From Arcobacteraceae bacterium (GTDB lineage Bacteria > Campylobacterota > Campylobacteria > Campylobacterales > Arcobacteraceae): 37,659 nucleotides of DNA. Both the position numbers and the translations under genes were made by a program. Below the pieces are notes generated by a model. That model had not been told where the DNA came from, did not search any database, and saw only the letters and a list, made by a program, of their open reading frames with translations. The stretch lies in NCBI GenBank assembly GCA_041672515.1, contig JBAYZM010000001.1, positions 1 to 37,659 of the forward strand. The letters are read 5' to 3'. Shown in pieces: positions 1-7,598 of the stretch (position 1 is the stretch's first letter; each line of letters starts with the position of its first letter).

Positions 1-133
1 TGAAAAACCAGAAAATCCTGAAATCCATATCCAAACCAATGAAAAAAGTCTTCAATCGTGTGTAGATATTATTTTAAATCATTTAATTAAATTTGGTTAT
101 ATTCAAGGTAATGAAAATGACTATGCGATTTAG
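1..133 (+). CDS. cysC: Adenylyl-sulfate kinase, C-terminal fragment (5' end outside window)
   Basis: Frame from base 2 reads EKPENPEIHIQTNEKSLQSCVDYILNHL...DYAI* (TAG 131-133), resembling the (Y)ExPxxPE C-terminus of APS kinases; lies directly upstream of cysQ. Not in the ORF track. Confidence 0.7.
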   Translation, partial: EKPENPEIHIQTNEKSLQSCVDIILNHLIKFGYIQGNENDYAI

Positions 134-181
134 TGGATTGGTTTTTGGTTTATAGTTGATGATTTATAGTGAGGGGAAAAT

Positions 182-934
182 GTGTTAGACAAAATTGATA
201 TTGAAGAGATAAAAAAAATTGCTATTCAGGCAGGAAGTGTTATTATGGAGATTTATGCTCAAGATTTTACTGTTGAGTATAAAAAAGATAAATCACCTTT
301 GACCCAAGCCGATTTAAAAGCCAATGAATTTATTTGTAATACTTTAAAGAAGTTGTATCCCACTATTCCAATTATGTCTGAAGAAAATAAGCAAACTTCA
401 TATTATGAGAGAAAAAATTGGGACTATTATTGGTGTGTTGACCCCATTGATGGAACTAAAGAGTTTATCCAAAAAAATGATGAGTTCACAGTTAATATTG
501 GCTTGATACACAAAAATTCACCGATACTAGGCGTTGTTTATGCCCCCGCATTAGATGAGTTATATTGGGCAGATGGTCAAAATTCGTATAAAAATGGTCA
601 AAAGTTACCTTTAAATACAAATGTTAATCCCCATGAGAAACTTTTTGTTGTAGCTTCAAAATCTCATCTGTCACAAGAAACTCAAACTTTTGTTGACAGT
701 TTAGATACCAAACATGTAATACAAATTTCTAAAGGAAGTAGTCTTAAACTTTGTATGGTAGCTGAAGGTATCGCAGACATTTACCCACGACTTGCACCAA
801 CTATGGAATGGGATACCGCAGCTGCTGATAGTATAGTGAGATGTGCAGGAAAAATGACTTATCAATTTGATTCAAATGAACCTGTTATTTATAATAAAGA
901 GGATTTACTTAATCCTTGGTTTGTGGTGAAATAA
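182..934 (+). CDS. cysQ: 3'(2'),5'-bisphosphate nucleotidase CysQ
   Basis: Motifs KxDxSPLTxAD, SEE, VDPIDGTKEF, GSSLK, PTMEWDTAA; GAGG SD before the GTG start. Confidence 0.93.
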   Translation: MLDKIDIEEIKKIAIQAGSVIMEIYAQDFTVEYKKDKSPLTQADLKANEFICNTLKKLYPTIPIMSEENKQTSYYERKNWDYYWCVDPIDGTKEFIQKNDEFTVNIGLIHKNSPILGVVYAPALDELYWADGQNSYKNGQKLPLNTNVNPHEKLFVVASKSHLSQETQTFVDSLDTKHVIQISKGSSLKLCMVAEGIADIYPRLAPTMEWDTAAADSIVRCAGKMTYQFDSNEPVIYNKEDLLNPWFVVK

Positions 935-936
935 TT

Positions 937-2652
937 ATGGTATATTTTGTTGCATTCACTATTTTGATTTTATTGGTTTTATTGATTCAAAATAAAATCA
1001 AGCCCTCTTTTTTATTTGTTGGATTGGTTTTAATATACTACTTTCTTAATTTAATTTCTTTAGATAAAATGCTACACGGTTTTGTAAATTCTGCATTAGT
1101 TACCCTTTTACTGTTACTTTTAATTTCCATTGTATTTGAAAAAACATCTTTTATTGCATTTATATCCGATAAGCTTTTTTGTTCTTCCTATAAAAAATCT
1201 TTGTTGCGACTGTCTTTATTTACATCACTGTTTTCAGCTTTTTTAAACAATACAGCTGTGGTTGCATCTATGATAAGTGTGGTGAATAAGAATAAATTTC
1301 ACTCTCCCTCGAAACTTCTTTTACCACTATCTTTTGCAGCCATTTTTGGCGGAACAATCACTTTAATTGGGACTTCGACCAATCTTTTAATTAACAGTTT
1401 TATGATAGAAAATAATTTAAAGCCTTTAGAATTATTCGATTTTATTTATGTTGGACTTCCTATTTCATTGATTGGTGCTTTTGTATTATTGTTTATTTCA
1501 AAATATTTGCCTGATAATAAAATAGATGTTAAGAAACAACATTATTTTATTGAGGCAAAAGTTTTAAAAGAATCAAAACTTATAGGAAAAACTGTTTTAT
1601 CTAATAATTTAAGAAATTTGGAATATTTATTTTTAAGTGAAATCTTACGTGAAAATTCAATCATTTCTCCTGTAAGTCCAAGTGAAACGATTAAAGAAAA
1701 TGATATTTTATTATTTACAGGTGATATAAAACACATTGCCATTTTAAAGCAATTTCATGGATTGAAATTAGAAGACAATCACCATAATTTAAATGATAAT
1801 ATTTTGGAAGTTATTGTTGCTCATGAATCAACATTAGTAAATAAAAGTATTAAAGAGTCAAATTTTAGAAGTAAATTCAATGCCTCAGTGATTGCAATTA
1901 AACGGGGGAAAGAACAATTATCAGGAAAAATAAGTGATATTAAGTTGCAAGTTGGCGATAATTTAGTTTTGGCTTATGGAAAAGATTTTACTAAACGCGA
2001 TAATATTGAGAAAAATTTTTATTTAATTAATGATGATATAACCATTGAAAAGAAGTTGAATAATACTCAAAGTAGCATCGTTATTGGTGGCTTTATATTA
2101 ATTTTGTTTTTAAGTTTTATTGAGATAATCCCCTTGGTTAAAGGCTTGTTCGCTTTATTATCCTTATTTGTGGCTTTGAAATATATTACGCTAGCAGAGA
2201 TAAAAAGACGATTTCCTTATGAATTGATGTTAATAATTGGCTCTTCATTAGCCGTTGCAACCGTTATGATACAAAGTGGTTTAGCAAATAACATAGCACA
2301 ATATATCAATACAATTTTTGGAAGTTTTGGTGTTTTAGGGGCGTTTATTGCCATTTATTTGGTAACTTTTTTACTCACTGAAATTATTACAAATAATGCG
2401 GCTGCCGCACTTGCTTTTCCAATTGCGTACTCAACAGCATTAAGTTTTGATAGCAGCGTTTTACCTTTTGTTATGGCAGTTGCGTATGGGGCTAGTGCGA
2501 GTTTTTTACTACCGTATGGGTATCAAACCAATTTAATGGTATACAGTGCAGGAGGGTACGATATGAAAACTTTTTTTAAAAGTGGAATATTAGTATCTGT
2601 TGTATATAGTTTATTGGTTCTTCTTTTAATTCCTTTATTTTTTCCTTTTTAA
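937..2652 (+). CDS. SLC13/CitMHS-family permease with TrkA-C domains (probable sulfate/anion transporter)
   Basis: Hydrophobic N- and C-terminal halves, SAFLNNT, TLIGTSTNL, PYGYQTNLMV motifs, soluble middle; ATG 937 preferred over TTG 916. Confidence 0.85.
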   Translation: MVYFVAFTILILLVLLIQNKIKPSFLFVGLVLIYYFLNLISLDKMLHGFVNSALVTLLLLLLISIVFEKTSFIAFISDKLFCSSYKKSLLRLSLFTSLFSAFLNNTAVVASMISVVNKNKFHSPSKLLLPLSFAAIFGGTITLIGTSTNLLINSFMIENNLKPLELFDFIYVGLPISLIGAFVLLFISKYLPDNKIDVKKQHYFIEAKVLKESKLIGKTVLSNNLRNLEYLFLSEILRENSIISPVSPSETIKENDILLFTGDIKHIAILKQFHGLKLEDNHHNLNDNILEVIVAHESTLVNKSIKESNFRSKFNASVIAIKRGKEQLSGKISDIKLQVGDNLVLAYGKDFTKRDNIEKNFYLINDDITIEKKLNNTQSSIVIGGFILILFLSFIEIIPLVKGLFALLSLFVALKYITLAEIKRRFPYELMLIIGSSLAVATVMIQSGLANNIAQYINTIFGSFGVLGAFIAIYLVTFLLTEIITNNAAAALAFPIAYSTALSFDSSVLPFVMAVAYGASASFLLPYGYQTNLMVYSAGGYDMKTFFKSGILVSVVYSLLVLLLIPLFFPF

Positions 2653-2715
2653 CGCTTTTTTAAGTCAAATATAAATATCATTCAAGAATTGAATATTACA
2701 TTAGGGAAACAAATA

Positions 2716-3036
2716 GTGCTACAAGATGAACTGACATTAAATATACTTAAAAATATTGAAAATACTTCTAGCCAAAAATCTCTTGCCGTAGAACTCCAAA
2801 TTAGCGTAGGAAAAGTGAATTATGTACTAAAAGCGTTAGTTGAAAAAGGTTTAATCAAAGCAGAGAATTTTTTTGCCAATAAAAATAAAAATCAATATAA
2901 ATATTTGATCACTAAAGAAGGGCTTCACGCCAAAATTGAATTAACTGAAAGATTTATCCAAAGAAAAAAACTTGAGTACGATAACCTCATTTTAGAATTA
3001 GAAAAATATAATAAGGAAATAATAAATGACATCTAA
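2716..3036 (+). CDS. MarR-family EPS-associated winged-helix regulator
   Basis: [23 protein letters not shown]...KGLIK...YKYLITxEG pattern; GTG 2716 follows AGGGA (ORF track starts at 2689). Confidence 0.85.
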   Translation: MLQDELTLNILKNIENTSSQKSLAVELQISVGKVNYVLKALVEKGLIKAENFFANKNKNQYKYLITKEGLHAKIELTERFIQRKKLEYDNLILELEKYNKEIINDI

Positions 3037-4372
3037 AATTTGTATTATAGGATTAGGCTATGTTGGTTTACCACTGGCTCATGCCTTTGCAAAAAAGTAT
3101 GAAGTGATTGGGTTTGATATTCACCAAGCAAGAATAGATGAGCTTAATAATGCACACGATAGAACATTGGAACTAAGCAGTGAACAACTCAAAGAAGTAT
3201 TACCAAAGTTTAATCAAAATCTTACCACTCACTGTTTACAACTTACCACTCACCTTGAAGATATTGCGGATGCAAATATTTACATCGTAACCGTTCCTAC
3301 TCCTATTGATAAACATAAAAAGCCTGATTTAACTCCACTGATAAAAGCCAGTGAAACGATTGGAAAAGTGCTTAAAAAAGATGATATTGTTATTTACGAA
3401 TCAACTGTTTATCCAGGTGCAACCGAAGAAGAGTGTGTGCCTGTTTTAGAAAAATTCAGTGGATTAAAATATATTTCAACTGAAACACTATCAACTATGA
3501 ACTATCAACTATCAACTAAACCCGAAGGGTTTTATTGTGGTTATAGCCCAGAGCGAATTAATCCAGGGGATAAAGAGCATACGGTAACTAAAATATTAAA
3601 AGTAACTTCAGGAAGTACACCCGAAATTGGACAAAAAGTCGATGCTTTGTATAAGTCAATTATAACCGCAGGCACCCACCTTGCACCTACAATTAAAGTA
3701 GCAGAAGCCGCTAAAGTTATTGAAAATTCGCAAAGAGATATCAATATTGCATTTGTCAATGAACTCTCAATGATCTTTAACCGTTTGGGCATCGACACCA
3801 ATGCCGTTTTAGAAGCAGCAGGAACAAAATGGAACTTCTTAAAATTTAAGCCAGGATTAGTAGGCGGACATTGTATAGGGGTGGATCCATATTACCTTAC
3901 ACATAAAGCACAAGAAGTAGGGTATAACCCAGAAATTATCTTAGCCGGGCGAAGGCTTAATGACAATATGGGGATTTATGTTGCCAATCAAGTGGTTAAA
4001 CTCATGATAAAAAAAGGGCATAAAATCGAAGGTTCTAAAGTGCTCGTACTTGGAATTACATTTAAAGAAAACTGTCCTGACATTAGAAACTCAAGAGTTA
4101 TTGATGTCATAAGAGAGCTTCAAGATTTTGGATGTAACGTTGAAGTAAGTGATTATTGGGCAGATAAAAAAGAAGTTGAATATGAGTATGGAATTGATTT
4201 AATTGAACATTCAACGCTTAATATACAAAGTTATGATGCTGTTATTCTTGCTGTTGCCCATACGGAGTATATTAATAATAATTCAAAATTTAATATTCAA
4301 GATGTAACCGTTTCAACTCAAGTGGTTTTTGATATTAAAGGTATTTTAGAAAAATCAGATGGGAGATTATAA
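3026..4372 (+). CDS. UDP-N-acetylhexosamine 6-dehydrogenase (WbpA/WbpO/TviB-like)
   Basis: [50 protein letters not shown] motifs; carries short repeat-derived segments. Confidence 0.93.
   Translation: MTSKICIIGLGYVGLPLAHAFAKKYEVIGFDIHQARIDELNNAHDRTLELSSEQLKEVLPKFNQNLTTHCLQLTTHLEDIADANIYIVTVPTPIDKHKKPDLTPLIKASETIGKVLKKDDIVIYESTVYPGATEEECVPVLEKFSGLKYISTETLSTMNYQLSTKPEGFYCGYSPERINPGDKEHTVTKILKVTSGSTPEIGQKVDALYKSIITAGTHLAPTIKVAEAAKVIENSQRDINIAFVNELSMIFNRLGIDTNAVLEAAGTKWNFLKFKPGLVGGHCIGVDPYYLTHKAQEVGYNPEIILAGRRLNDNMGIYVANQVVKLMIKKGHKIEGSKVLVLGITFKENCPDIRNSRVIDVIRELQDFGCNVEVSDYWADKKEVEYEYGIDLIEHSTLNIQSYDAVILAVAHTEYINNNSKFNIQDVTVSTQVVFDIKGILEKSDGRL
3221..3255 (+). repeat. Heptamer array, CTTACCA family, in frame in the dehydrogenase
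   Basis: cttacca ctcactg tttacaa cttacca ctcacct; encodes [12 protein letters not shown]. Confidence 0.75.
3487..3521 (+). repeat. Heptamer array, ACTATCA family, in frame in the dehydrogenase
   Basis: actatca actatga actatca actatca actaaac; encodes [11 protein letters not shown]. Confidence 0.9.
4201..4300 (+). repeat. Two degenerate heptamer arrays, AATTCAA family
   Basis: 4201-4228 aattgaa cattcaa cgcttaa tatacaa (IEHSTLNIQ); 4280-4300 aattcaa aatttaa tattcaa (NSKFNIQ). Confidence 0.55.
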
Positions 4373-4373
4373 T

Positions 4374-5345
4374 ATGCCTAATAGTAAAAATTTTGCACTT
4401 ATTGGTGCTAGTGGATATATTGCACCAAGACATATGAAAGCAATAAAGGAAACAAAAAATAATCTTATAGCAGCACTGGATAAATATGATGGAATAGGTG
4501 TAATGGATAGCCATTTTCCCCAAGCAAATTTTTTTACTGAGTTTGAACGATTTGATCGATTTGTAGATAAATGGCACAGAGATGGAAATAAAAGAATAGA
4601 GTATATCGGTATTACTACACCAAATTATTTGCACGATTCACATATTCGATTTGCTCTTAAAAGTGGAGCTCATGCGATTTGTGAAAAACCTTTGGTTTTA
4701 AATCCTCATAATATAGATCAGTTAAAAGTTATAGAAGAAGAAACGGGTAAAAAAGTTTATAATATATTACAACTTAGACTTCATGATTCTATTATTGCAT
4801 TAAAAGAAAAGATTGCAAAAGAGTTACAACAAAACCCAAATAAAGTATATGATATTGATTTAACCTATTTAACCAGTAGAGGGAAATGGTATTTTGTATC
4901 ATGGAAAGGAAATGAAGATAAATCAGGTGGAATTGCATCAAATATTGGTGTGCATTTTTTTGATATGTTATCTTGGATATTTGGTCCTATTGAAGAAAAT
5001 TTAGTTCATTTAAAACAAGCAGATGCCAATGCTGGATTTATGAAACTAAAAAATGCGCGTGTTCGATGGTTTTTATCAGTAAATTATGACTATATCCCTG
5101 AAGATATAAGAGCTACTGGAAAAACTACTTTTAGAAGTATCACTGTTGATGGTGAAGAATTTGAATTCTCAGAAGGATTTACAGACTTGCATACACGATC
5201 GTATGAACATATTTTAAATGGGGGTGGATTTGGTCTTGATGAGGCCAGAAACTCTATAAATATTGTTTCCGTTATACGAAAACTAGCGCCTCTTGGACTT
5301 ACTGGAGAATATCATCCGTTTTGTATTAAAGTCCTTGGTTGTTAG
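4374..5345 (+). CDS. wbpB: Gfo/Idh/MocA oxidoreductase, UDP-GlcNAcA 3-dehydrogenase (WbpB/WlbA-like)
   Basis: FALIGASGYIAPRH, TPNYLHDSH, CEKP, LQLRLH, NIGVHFFD, GFTDLHT; ATG 4374 with GGAG SD. Confidence 0.9.
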   Translation: MPNSKNFALIGASGYIAPRHMKAIKETKNNLIAALDKYDGIGVMDSHFPQANFFTEFERFDRFVDKWHRDGNKRIEYIGITTPNYLHDSHIRFALKSGAHAICEKPLVLNPHNIDQLKVIEEETGKKVYNILQLRLHDSIIALKEKIAKELQQNPNKVYDIDLTYLTSRGKWYFVSWKGNEDKSGGIASNIGVHFFDMLSWIFGPIEENLVHLKQADANAGFMKLKNARVRWFLSVNYDYIPEDIRATGKTTFRSITVDGEEFEFSEGFTDLHTRSYEHILNGGGFGLDEARNSINIVSVIRKLAPLGLTGEYHPFCIKVLGC

Positions 5346-5365
5346 TTTATAGTTTTTAGTTTTAG
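5328..5365 (-). repeat. Heptamer array, AAACTAA family, reverse orientation, upstream of the four-helix-bundle gene
   Basis: aaagtcc ttggttg ttagttt atagttt ttagttt tag; contains the wbpB stop codon TAG 5343-5345. Confidence 0.9.
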
Positions 5366-5377
5366 AAGGAGAGAAAA

Positions 5378-5737
5378 TTGACTGGTTTTGAAAACTTAGA
5401 AGTTTGGAAAAAATCTATCATTCTTGTAAAAGAAGTTTATCTTTTAGTTAAACTCTTTCCTAAAGAAGAAAACTATGCCTTGAGTGATCAAGTTAGAAGA
5501 AGTGCGGTTTCTGTACCAAGCAATATAGCAGAAGGAAGTGGTAGAAATTCATCAAAAGAGTTTGTACAATTTTTATATATTGCATTAGGCTCTATCAATG
5601 AACTAGAAACACAACTTATAATAGCAAAAGAAATAGGTTATCTAAGTAATATTGTAGAAATAAGAACTAAAATTTTGGAGATTAAAAAAATGTTAAACTC
5701 ATTAATCACATCGATAAAGAGACAAAATGGAAACTAA
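5378..5737 (+). CDS. Four-helix-bundle protein (23S rRNA intervening-sequence protein / Avd-like family)
   Basis: [10 protein letters not shown]...[30 protein letters not shown]...[20 protein letters not shown] signature; AAGGAG SD before the TTG start. Confidence 0.93.
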   Translation: MTGFENLEVWKKSIILVKEVYLLVKLFPKEENYALSDQVRRSAVSVPSNIAEGSGRNSSKEFVQFLYIALGSINELETQLIIAKEIGYLSNIVEIRTKILEIKKMLNSLITSIKRQNGN

Positions 5738-6329
5738 AAACCAAAAACTAAAAACCAAAAACTATTACGTACACGAAAGTGCTTTCATTGACGATGGAGT
5801 AACCATTGGAAACAATACAAAAATTTGGCATTTTTCACATATTCTAAGTGGTTCAAACATTGGAACAAATTGTTCTTTTGGTCAAAATTGTGTTGTTGGT
5901 CCAAAGGTCAACATAGGAAATGGTGTAAAAGTTCAAAATAATATCTCTATCTATGAAGGCGTAGAAGTAGAAGATGATGTTTTCTTAGGACCTTCTATGG
6001 TATTTACAAACGTTACAAATCCAAGAGCATTTATAGTAAGACGAGAAGAGTTTAAAAAAACTCTTCTTAAAAAGGGTTGCTCAATAGGTGCAAATGCAAC
6101 TATAGTATGTGGTGTAACAATTGGAGAATATGCCCTTATTGGAAGTGGAACAGTTGTAAACAAAGATGTAAAACCCTATGCTCTTATGGTTGGAGTACCT
6201 GCAAGGCAAATTGGATGGGTATCAAAAGCTGGAAATACACTAAAGTTTGATGAAAATAATGAGGCTGTAGATAGTTTTGATAACACAAAATATAAAATAG
6301 TAGATAATATGTTAAAAGTAATAGGATAA
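5727..6329 (+). CDS. wbpD: Hexapeptide-repeat N-acetyltransferase (WbpD/WlbB-like)
   Basis: [25 protein letters not shown], [13 protein letters not shown], GVPARQIGW; N-terminus [12 protein letters not shown] is repeat-encoded. Confidence 0.9.
   Translation: METKNQKLKTKNYYVHESAFIDDGVTIGNNTKIWHFSHILSGSNIGTNCSFGQNCVVGPKVNIGNGVKVQNNISIYEGVEVEDDVFLGPSMVFTNVTNPRAFIVRREEFKKTLLKKGCSIGANATIVCGVTIGEYALIGSGTVVNKDVKPYALMVGVPARQIGWVSKAGNTLKFDENNEAVDSFDNTKYKIVDNMLKVIG
5731..5765 (+). repeat. Heptamer array AAAC(T/C)AA x5
   Basis: aaactaa aaaccaa aaactaa aaaccaa aaactat; the first unit supplies the four-helix-bundle gene's stop. Confidence 0.95.
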
Positions 6330-6332
6330 AAG

Positions 6333-7598
6333 ATGTCACTGCAAACTAAAGACCAAAAACTAAAAACCAATATAGATTTCGCAAACTTACAATATCAACA
6401 TGAATTATACAAAGATGAAATAGAAAATGCTATTTTAAAAGTGGCAAGAAATTGTAATTTTATTATGGGAAATGAAGTACAAGAACTTGAGAAAAGTCTT
6501 GAAGAGTTTACGGGTGCAAAATATGCAGTATCTTGTAGTAATGGTACAGATGCTTTACTTCTTGCTATGATGGCACTTGACATAAAACCAGGAGATGAAG
6601 TAATAACTACTCCATTTACTTTTATAGCCACGGCTGAAACAATTGCTTTTTTAGGAGCCATTCCAGTATTTGTAGATATAGATGAAAAAACTTATAATAT
6701 TGACCCAACTAAAATAGAAGCAGCAATTACAGACAAAACAAAAGCTATTATTCCCGTAAGCCTATACGGGCAACCAGCTGATATGGATGCTATTCAATCA
6801 ATAGTAGATAAAACACTAAAAACCAACAACCAAAAACTATACACCATAATAGATGGTGCTCAAAGTTTTGGAAGTACTTACAATGGCAAAACAGATAGCA
6901 ACCTTGGAGACATTTCAACTACGTCGTTTTTCCCTGCAAAACCACTAGGTTGTTATGGTGATGGTGGAGCAGTATTCACGAACGACCAAAAACTAGCGAC
7001 TAAAATCCAAAGTCTAAGACTTCACGGACAATCAAAAAGATATCATCATCAATATATAGGAATGGGTGGAAGACTTGATACTATACAAGCAGCAATTTTA
7101 AATGTAAAACTCAAATACTATCCTAAAGATTTAGCTCTAAGACAAGAAGTAGCTTCTAAATATGATCAAGCTTTTAGTCAAAAGTTTCTAGTCTCTAGTA
7201 AAGAAACCAAAAACAAACAACTAGATATAAGTACTAAAAACGAAAAACTAGAAACTAATAACTATTTAATAACACCATTTGTTTCAGATAAATGTACATC
7301 ATCTTGGGCACAATATAGTATAAGAATAAAAAACCGTGACGAAGTCCAAAAAAGACTTTCAAGTCTTAGTGAACTAAAAACTAAAAACCAAAAACCAAAA
7401 ACTAATATACCAACAGCAGTTCATTATCCAATGCCCTTACATCTACAAGAATGTTTTAGCTATCTTGGATATAAAAAAGGTGATTTTCCTATATCTGAGA
7501 TAGTATCGCAAGAAATCATGAGTTTACCAATGAACCCTTATGTAAGTGATGAAGAAATTGAATACATCGTTAATGAGGTATTAAATTGTATTCACTAA
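6333..7598 (+). CDS. wbpE: DegT/DnrJ aminotransferase (WbpE/WlbC-like) with multiple repeat-derived segments
   Basis: NGTDAL, TPFTFIATAE, SLYGQ, DGAQSFG, SFFPAKPLGCYGDGG, RLDTIQAA, VHYP; 421 aa. Confidence 0.9.
   Translation: MSLQTKDQKLKTNIDFANLQYQHELYKDEIENAILKVARNCNFIMGNEVQELEKSLEEFTGAKYAVSCSNGTDALLLAMMALDIKPGDEVITTPFTFIATAETIAFLGAIPVFVDIDEKTYNIDPTKIEAAITDKTKAIIPVSLYGQPADMDAIQSIVDKTLKTNNQKLYTIIDGAQSFGSTYNGKTDSNLGDISTTSFFPAKPLGCYGDGGAVFTNDQKLATKIQSLRLHGQSKRYHHQYIGMGGRLDTIQAAILNVKLKYYPKDLALRQEVASKYDQAFSQKFLVSSKETKNKQLDISTKNEKLETNNYLITPFVSDKCTSSWAQYSIRIKNRDEVQKRLSSLSELKTKNQKPKTNIPTAVHYPMPLHLQECFSYLGYKKGDFPISEIVSQEIMSLPMNPYVSDEEIEYIVNEVLNCIH
6336..6370 (+). repeat. Heptamer array, AAACTAA family, at the wbpE N-terminus
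   Basis: tcactgc aaactaa agaccaa aaactaa aaaccaa (MSLQTKDQKLKTN). Confidence 0.9.
6813..6847 (+). repeat. Heptamer array, AAACTAA family, inside wbpE
   Basis: acactaa aaaccaa caaccaa aaactat acaccat (TLKTNNQKLYTI). Confidence 0.85.
6976..7017 (+). repeat. Degenerate heptamer array, AAACTAA family, inside wbpE
   Basis: tcacgaa cgaccaa aaactag cgactaa aatccaa agtctaa (TNDQKLATKIQSL). Confidence 0.75.
7167..7265. repeat. Reverse-then-forward heptamer arrays forming an inverted repeat inside wbpE
   Basis: Reverse units caagctt ttagtca aaagttt ctagtct ctagtaa; forward aaaccaa aaacaaa caactag, then gtactaa aaacgaa aaactag aaactaa taactat. agtttctagt 7183-7192 is the exact reverse complement of actagaaact 7247-7256. 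Confidence 0.85.
7371..7405 (+). repeat. Heptamer array x5 inside wbpE
   Basis: gaactaa aaactaa aaaccaa aaaccaa aaactaa (ELKTKNQKPKTN), just before IPTAVHYP. Confidence 0.93.

Noticed and set aside
5378-5737. 23S rRNA gene or ribosomal protein implied by the family name
   Set aside because: No rRNA-like sequence nearby; both flanks are protein-coding.
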